A DNA stretch of 64,000 nt, from assembly GCF_044704955.1 (NCBI RefSeq), contig NC_091995.1, positions 52,824,001 to 52,888,000 on the forward strand, given 5' to 3'. Under the pieces are notes generated by a model. That model had not been told where the DNA came from and did no database searches. It saw only the letters and a list, made by a program, of their open reading frames with translations. Below are positions 57,470 through 64,000 of the stretch, piece after piece. This DNA is from Pristiophorus japonicus (Eukaryota). Every line of letters starts with the position of its first letter. The stretch's first letter is position 1. The position numbers were made by a program, and so were the translations under genes.

Positions 57470-60400
57470 GTTGCTACCACTGCCACGTGCTAGTCAGAGT
57501 AGGAATTGCAGGATAGTTCAGATGAATACATGGCTTGAGGAATGGTGCAAGGGGGAGCGATTCAAATTCCTGGGACATTGGAACCGGTTCTGGGGGAGGT
57601 GGGACCAGTACAAACCGGACGGTCTGCACCTGGGCAGGACCAGAACCAATGTCCTCGGCAGAGTGCTTGCTAGTGCTGTTGGGGAGGGGTTAAACTAAAA
57701 TGGCAGGGGGATGGGAATCTATGCAGGGAGACAGAGGGAAGTAAAAAGCAAAAGGTAGGAAGGAGAAAAGCAAGCGTGGAGGACAGAGAAATCAAGGGCA
57801 AAAATCAAAAAGAGCCACATTACAACATAATTCTAAAAGGACAAAGAGTGTTAAAAAAAACAAGTGTGAAGGCTCTGTGCCTCAATGCGAAGAGCATTTG
57901 TAATAAGATGGATGAATTGACTGCACAGATAGCTGTTAACGGATGTGATGTCATTGGGATTACGGAGACATGGCTCCAAGGTAACCAAGGCTGGGAACTC
58001 AACATCCAGGGGTATTCAATATTCAGGAAGGACAGGCAGGAAGGAAAACGAGGTGGGGTAGCGTTACTTGTTAAAGAGGAGATTAACACAATAGTAAGGA
58101 AGGACATTAGCGTGGATGATGTGAAATCTATATGGGTAGAGCTGCGAAACACCAAAGGGCAGAAAACGTTAGTGGGAGTTGTGTACAGACCACCAAACAG
58201 TAGTAGGGAGGTTGGGGATGGCATCAAACAGGAAATTATGGATGCGTGCAATAAGGGTACAATAGTTATCATGGGTGACTTTAATCTATATATTGATTGG
58301 GCCAACCAAACTGGTAGCAATGCTGTGGAGGAGGATTTCCTGAAGTGTATAAGGGATGGTTTTCTAGACCAATATGTTGAGGAACCAACTAGGGGGGAGG
58401 CCATCCTAAACTGGGTCTTGTGTAACGAGAGAGGATTAATTAGCAATTTGGTCGTGCGGGGCCCTTTGGGGAAGAGTGACCATAATATCGTAGAATTCTT
58501 CATTAAGATGGAGAGTGACACAGTTAATTCAGAGACTAGAGGCCTGAACTTAAAGAAAGGAAACTTCGACGGTATGAGACGTGAATTGCCTAGGATAGAC
58601 TGGAGAATGATACTTAAAGGTTTGACGCTGGATAGACAATGGCAGACATTTAAATATCACATGGATGACCTACAACAATTGTACATCCCTGTGTGGTGTA
58701 AGAATAAAAAAAGGAAGTGGCTCAACCATGGCTAACAAGGGAAATTAGGGAACATGTTAAACCCAAGGAAGAGGCATATAAATTGGCCAGAAAAAGCAGC
58801 AAACCTGAGGACTGGGAGAAACTTAGAATTCAGGAGAGGAGGACAAAGGGTTTATTTAGGAGGGGGAAAATAGAGTATGAGAGGAAGCTTGACGGGAACA
58901 TAAAAACTGACTGCAAAAGCTTCTATAGATATGTGAAGAGAAAACGATTAGTGAAGATTAATGTAGGTCCTTTGCAGTCAGAATCAGGTGAATTCATAAT
59001 GGGGAACAATGAAATGGCAGACCAATTGATCAAATACTTTGGTTCTGTCTTCACTAAGGAAGACACAAATAACCTTCTGAAAGTACTAGAGGACCAAGGG
59101 TCTAGCGAGAAGGGGGAACTGAGGGAAATCCTTGTTAGTCAGGAAATGGTGTTAGGGAAATTGAAGGGACTGAAGGCCGATAAATCCCCAGGGTCTGATA
59201 GTCTGCATCCCAGAGTACTTAAGGAAGTGGCCCTAGAAATAGTAGATGCATTGGTGGTCATTTTCCAACATTCCATGGATTCTGGATCAGTTCCTATGGA
59301 CTGGAGGGTAGCTAATGTAACCCCACTTTTTAAAAAAAGGAGAGAGAGAGAAAACGGGTAATTATAGACCGGTTAGCCTGACATCAGTAGTGGGGAAAAT
59401 GCTGGAATCAATTATTAAAAATGTAATAGCAGCGCATTTGGAAAGCAGTGACAGGATCGGTCCAAGTCAGCATGGATTTATGAAAGGGAAATCATGCTTG
59501 AGAAATCTTCTAGAATCTTTTGAGGATGTAACTAGTAGAGTGGACAAGGGAGAACCAGTGGATGTAGTGTATTTGGACTTTCAAAAGGCTTTTGACAAGG
59601 TCCCACACAAGAGAATAGTGTGCAAAATTAAGGCAATACATTAAGGGGGTAATGTATTGAAGTGGATAGAGAACTGGTTGGCAGACAGGAAGCAAAGAGT
59701 GGGAATAAACAGGTCCTTTTCAGAATGGCAGGCAGTGACTAGTGGGGTGCCGCAGGGTTCAGTGCTGGGACCCCAGCTATTTGCAATATACATTAATGAT
59801 TTAGATGAAGGAATTGAATGTAATATCTCCAAGTTTGCAGATGACACTAAGCTGGGTGTTAGTGCGAGCTGAGAGGAGGATGCTCGGAGGCTGCAGGGCG
59901 ACTTGGACAGGTTAGGTGAGTGGGCAAATGCATGGCAGATGCAGTATAATGTGGATAAATGTGAGGTTGTCCACTTTGGGGTCAAAAACACGAAGGCAGA
60001 ATATTATCTGAATGGCGGCAGATTAGGAAAAGGGGAGGTCATGGTTCATCAGTCATTGAAAGTTGGCTTGCAGATACAGCAGGCGGTGAAGAAGGCAAAT
60101 GGTATGTTGGCCTTCATAGCAAAGGGATTTGAGTACAGTAGCAGGGACGTCTTACTGTAGTTGTACAGGGCCTTGGTGAGGCCCCACCTGGAATATTGTG
60201 TTCAGTTTTGGTCTCCTAATCTCAGGAAGGACGTTCTTGCTATTGAGGGAGTGCAGCGAAGGTTCACCAGACTGATTCCCGGGATAGCAGGACTGACATA
60301 TGAGGAGAGACTGGATCGACTGGGCCTGTATTCACTGGAGTTTAGAAGGATGAGAGGGGATCTCATAGGAACATATAAATTTCAGACGGGACTGGACAGG

Positions 60401-60752
60401 TTAGATGCAGGAAGAATGTTCCCGATGTTGGGGAAGTCCAGAACCAGGGGACATAGTCTTAGGATAAGGGGTAAGCCATTTAGGACTGAGATGAGGAGGA
60501 ACTTCTTCAGTCAGAGAGTTGTTAACCTGTGGAATTCCCTGCCGGAGAGAGTTGTTGATGGCAGTTCATTGGATATATTCAAGAGGAAGTTAGAAAAGGC
60601 CCTTACGGCTAAAGGGATCAAGGGGTATGGAGAGAAAGCAGGAAAGGGGTACTGAAGGAATGATCAGCCATGATCTTATTGAATTGTGGTGCAGGCTCGA
60701 AGGGCCGAATGGCCTACTCCTGCACCTATTTTCTATGTTTCTATGTTTCTAT
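57470..60752 (+). mobile_element. CR1 LINE (ORF1 3' part + full-length but disrupted ORF2 + tail)
   Basis: Colinear with 35455-38766, with frameshifts and stops. Confidence 0.93.
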
Positions 60753-60759
60753 CCCAATA

Positions 60760-63700
60760 ATTGAAGGGGGAACTTAAAATAATCACTATCACTAGAAAAA
60801 AGTCCTTGGCAAACTAATGGGACCAAAGGTGAACAAGTCCCCTGGACCTGATGGCGTATATTCTAGGTCTTAAAAGAAGTGGCTGCAGAGATAGTGGATG
60901 CATTTGCTGTAATCTACCAAAATTCCCTGGATTCTGGGGAGATCCTAGCGGATTGGAAAACCGCAAATGTAACGGCCCTATTTAAGAAAGGAAGGAGACA
61001 GAAAGCAAGAAACTATGGACCAGTTAGCCTGATCAATAACACCTGTCATTGGGAAAATGCTGGAGTTCATTATTAAGGAAATAGTAGCAGAAACATTTAG
61101 AAAATCAAAATACAGTCAAGCAGCGTCCGCATGGTTTTATGAAAGGGAAATCATGTTTGACAAATTGGCTGGAGTTCTTTGAGAATGTAACGAGCAGGGT
61201 GGATAAAGGGGAACCAGTAGATGTGTATTTGGATTTCCAGCAGGCATTCGATAAAGTGCCACATAAAAGGTTACTGCACAAGATAAAAGCTCACAGGGTT
61301 AGGGGATATATGTTAGCATGGATAGAGGATTGGCTAGCTAACAGAAAACAGAGTCGGGATAAATGGGTCATTTTCAGATTGGCAAACTGTAACTAGTGGG
61401 GTGCCACAGGTTCAGTTCTAGGGCCTCAACTCTTTACAATCTATATTAATGACTTGGATGAAGGGATCGAGTGTAATATAGCCAAATGTGCTGGTGATAC
61501 AAAGATAGGTGGGAAAGCAAGTTGTGAGGAGGACGTAAAGAATCTGCAAAAGGATATAGATAGGCTAAGTGAGTGGGCAAACATTTGGCAGATGGATTAT
61601 AATGTAGGACAATGTGAGGTTTGGTAGGCAAAATAAAAAAGCAAATTATTATTTAAATGAGGTGAGATTACAAAACTCTAAGGTACAGAGGGATCTGGGG
61701 GGTCCTTGTGCATGAAACACAAACAGTTAGCATGCAGATACAGCATATAATTAGGAAGGCAAATTGCAAGGGGGCTGGAATAGAAAAGCAGGAAGTCCTG
61801 CTACAACTGCACAGGGTATTGGTGAGACCACACCTGGAGTACTGCGTACAGTTTTGGTCACCGTATTTAAGGAGGGAGATACGTGCAATGGAGGCAGTTC
61901 AGAGAAGGTTCACGAGTTTGATTCCTGAGGTGAGGGGGTTATCATATGAAGAAAGGTAGGGCCGATACTCATTGGAGCTTTGAAGACTGAGAGGCGATCT
62001 TGTTGAAGCAGATAAGATTTTGCGGGGGCTTGACAGGGTAGATGCACAGAGGATGTTTCCTCTCATGGAAGAGTCTAAAATTAGGGGGCATAGTCTCAGA
62101 ATAAAGGGTCGCACATTGAAAACGAACATCGCTGGAGGAAGGAAGGAAGGAAGGCCCAACCGTCGCCGGAGGGATGGAGGCCCAAACGTTGCCGGAGGGA
62201 TGGAGGCCGAACGTTGCCGGAGGGATGGAGGCCCAAACGTTGCCGGAGGGATGGAGGCCCAAACGTTGCCGGAGGGATGGAGGCCCAAACGTTGCCGGAG
62301 GGATGGAGGGCCGAACGTTGCCGGAGGGATGGAGGGCCGAACGTTGCCGGAGGGATGGAGGCCCAAACGTTGCCGGAGGGATGGAGGGCCGAACGTTGCC
62401 GGTGGGATGGAGGGCCGAACGTTGCCGGTGGGATGGAGGGCCGAACGTTGCCGGAGGGATGGAGGGCCGAACGTCGCCGGAGGGATGGAGGGCCGAACAT
62501 CGCTGGAGGGATGGAGGGCCGAACGTTGCCGGAGGGATGGAGGGCCGAACGTTGCCGGAGGGATGGAGGGCCGAACGTTGCTGGAGGGATGGAGGGCCGA
62601 ACGTTGCCGGAGGGATGGAGGGCCGAACGTTGCCGGAGGGATGGAGGGCCGAACGTTGCCGGAGGGATGGAGGGCCGAACGTCGCCCGAGGGATGGAGGG
62701 CCGAACGTTGCCGGAGGGATGGAGGGCCGAACGTTGCCGGAGGGATGGAAGGCCGAACGTCGCCCGAGGGAGGAAGCAAGGCCCGAGCGTGAGGGCAGAA
62801 AGAAGTTAGAGCCAAAACCAGTGGTCGGGGCTGGTTGGAGGCTCATCGGTCGCCGACGGGGATCAGGTGGAGCAGCCGAGTCGGCCACGTCCAGTGGGGA
62901 GCGAAAGGCTTGGCAGCAGGAAGGTCGATCTGGAAGGTAAGTTCGACACTCAGTGATGGAGGTGAGCAGGCATGGTTGGGGGATGTTCAGTACACCCAGG
63001 TAGCTGCCCTTTCAGCACGGGGTTTAGGGATAAGGGAAATACTTCAGGGGGAGGAAATGCACCCACTATTAGGCTTAAACTGTGGGGAGGGGAGATTGGG
63101 GGAGAGAAGAGTGAAGGATGGCAGCAGATGGCCAGAGGGAAATTTGTTCCGGGAGAGCTCCCTGGGGAGCTGCCATCCCGTCCGCCATCCTGGATCTTTC
63201 TCCGGCCGCTGGTCCCATCAACTGCGGAGCTCCTGGCGAGCACATGGTGTGTGCAATGGCTGCGGCCACTCTGACCTCTTCTCCTTCCACAAAATGAACC
63301 TCTGGCCATCCCAATGCCTGCCCTCAGTCAGGAGTTAGTACCTCAACTCTCTCACCCCCACTTCCCACGCCACGGATCTCTCACCATCTCACCGAAGGGT
63401 GCTGCTCAGCCCCGAGCTTACGGCTCACATCCCACTTGTAGGCAACTAGGCCCAAAACGCAGAGCCTGGTCTCCAGTCATCATGGACCCCCCTTGCCACT
63501 GGACCAAGACCTTGCTCTGCTAAGCCTGTTTGATAGCTGGTGTGCAACGGCCACCCCACGTTAAAACATCTCACACACAGGCACCTTCCACCCCTTCAAA
63601 AAGTCTGCCTTGATTTCAAGGGACTGCCAATGATTATTTAAAAGGAAATGAGGAGGAATTTATTTTCTCAGAGGGTAGTGAGACTTTGGAATTCTCTACC

Positions 63701-63900
63701 CCAGAGAGCTGTGAGGCTGGGTCATTGAATATATTTAAGGTGGAGATAGAGGGATTTTTGGGAGATAAGGAAGTCAATGGTTATGGGGAGAGGGCAGGGA
63801 AGTGGAGGCCACGATCAGATCAGCCATGATCTTATTAAACAGCGGATCAGGCTCGAGGGGCCAGATGGCCTACTTCTGCTCCTATTTCTTATGTTCTTAT
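60760..63900 (+). mobile_element. Decayed CR1 interrupted at about 62120 by the RTE-tailed element
   Basis: RT motifs at 60879-62110. The 3' portion resumes at about 63637 (AAATGAGGAGGAATTT) and runs to a TTCTTATG tail. Confidence 0.8.
62120..63636 (+). mobile_element. Non-autonomous RTE-tailed retroposon with CpG-rich 26-bp tandem repeats at its 5' end
   Basis: About 23 copies of GGAGGGATGGAGGGCCGAACGTTGCC (62160-62770). The body is shared with 17783-18116 and 15170-15290, and the tail AAGTCTGCCTTGATTTCAAGGGACTGCCAATGAT resembles the RTE tail. Confidence 0.75.
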
Positions 63901-64000
63901 GTATTCCCTTGAATATAGAAGATTAAGGGGAGATCTAAATGAGGTGTTTAAGATGATCAAAGTAGTTGATGGGGTAGTTGGAGAGAAACTGTTTCCTCTG

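Noticed and set aside
61899-62940. Pro/Arg/Gly-rich ORFs on both strands
   Set aside because: They are translations of the 26-bp GC-rich tandem repeat.

Overview
Vertebrate genomic DNA, very probably from a cartilaginous fish (shark). That is inferred from the dense CR1 LINEs with (TTCTATGT)n tails, DeuSINE/SacSINE1-like SINEs and the style of the class I sequence. Most of the window is repetitive: a 37-bp satellite of at least 14.5 kb (1-14509), nested CR1 LINEs (one with an intact 968-aa ORF2), three Gypsy LTR elements, Harbinger remnants, an RTE LINE with non-autonomous derivatives, and several minisatellites. Among these repeats, on the minus strand, is a spliceable MHC class I heavy-chain gene: leader 39075-39126, alpha1 32315-32575, alpha2 26554-26829, alpha3 26169-26447, TM 19918-20031. 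All introns are GT-AG and phase 1, and the joined frame is open. The protein is non-classical: both alpha2 cysteines are lost and the N-terminal peptide-anchoring residues are partly degenerate while the C-terminal ones are kept. It still has an S-X-Y promoter module with mammalian class I-like spacing. No cytoplasmic-tail exon is identifiable in the window. The giant ORFs in 1-14.5 kb are satellite artefacts.
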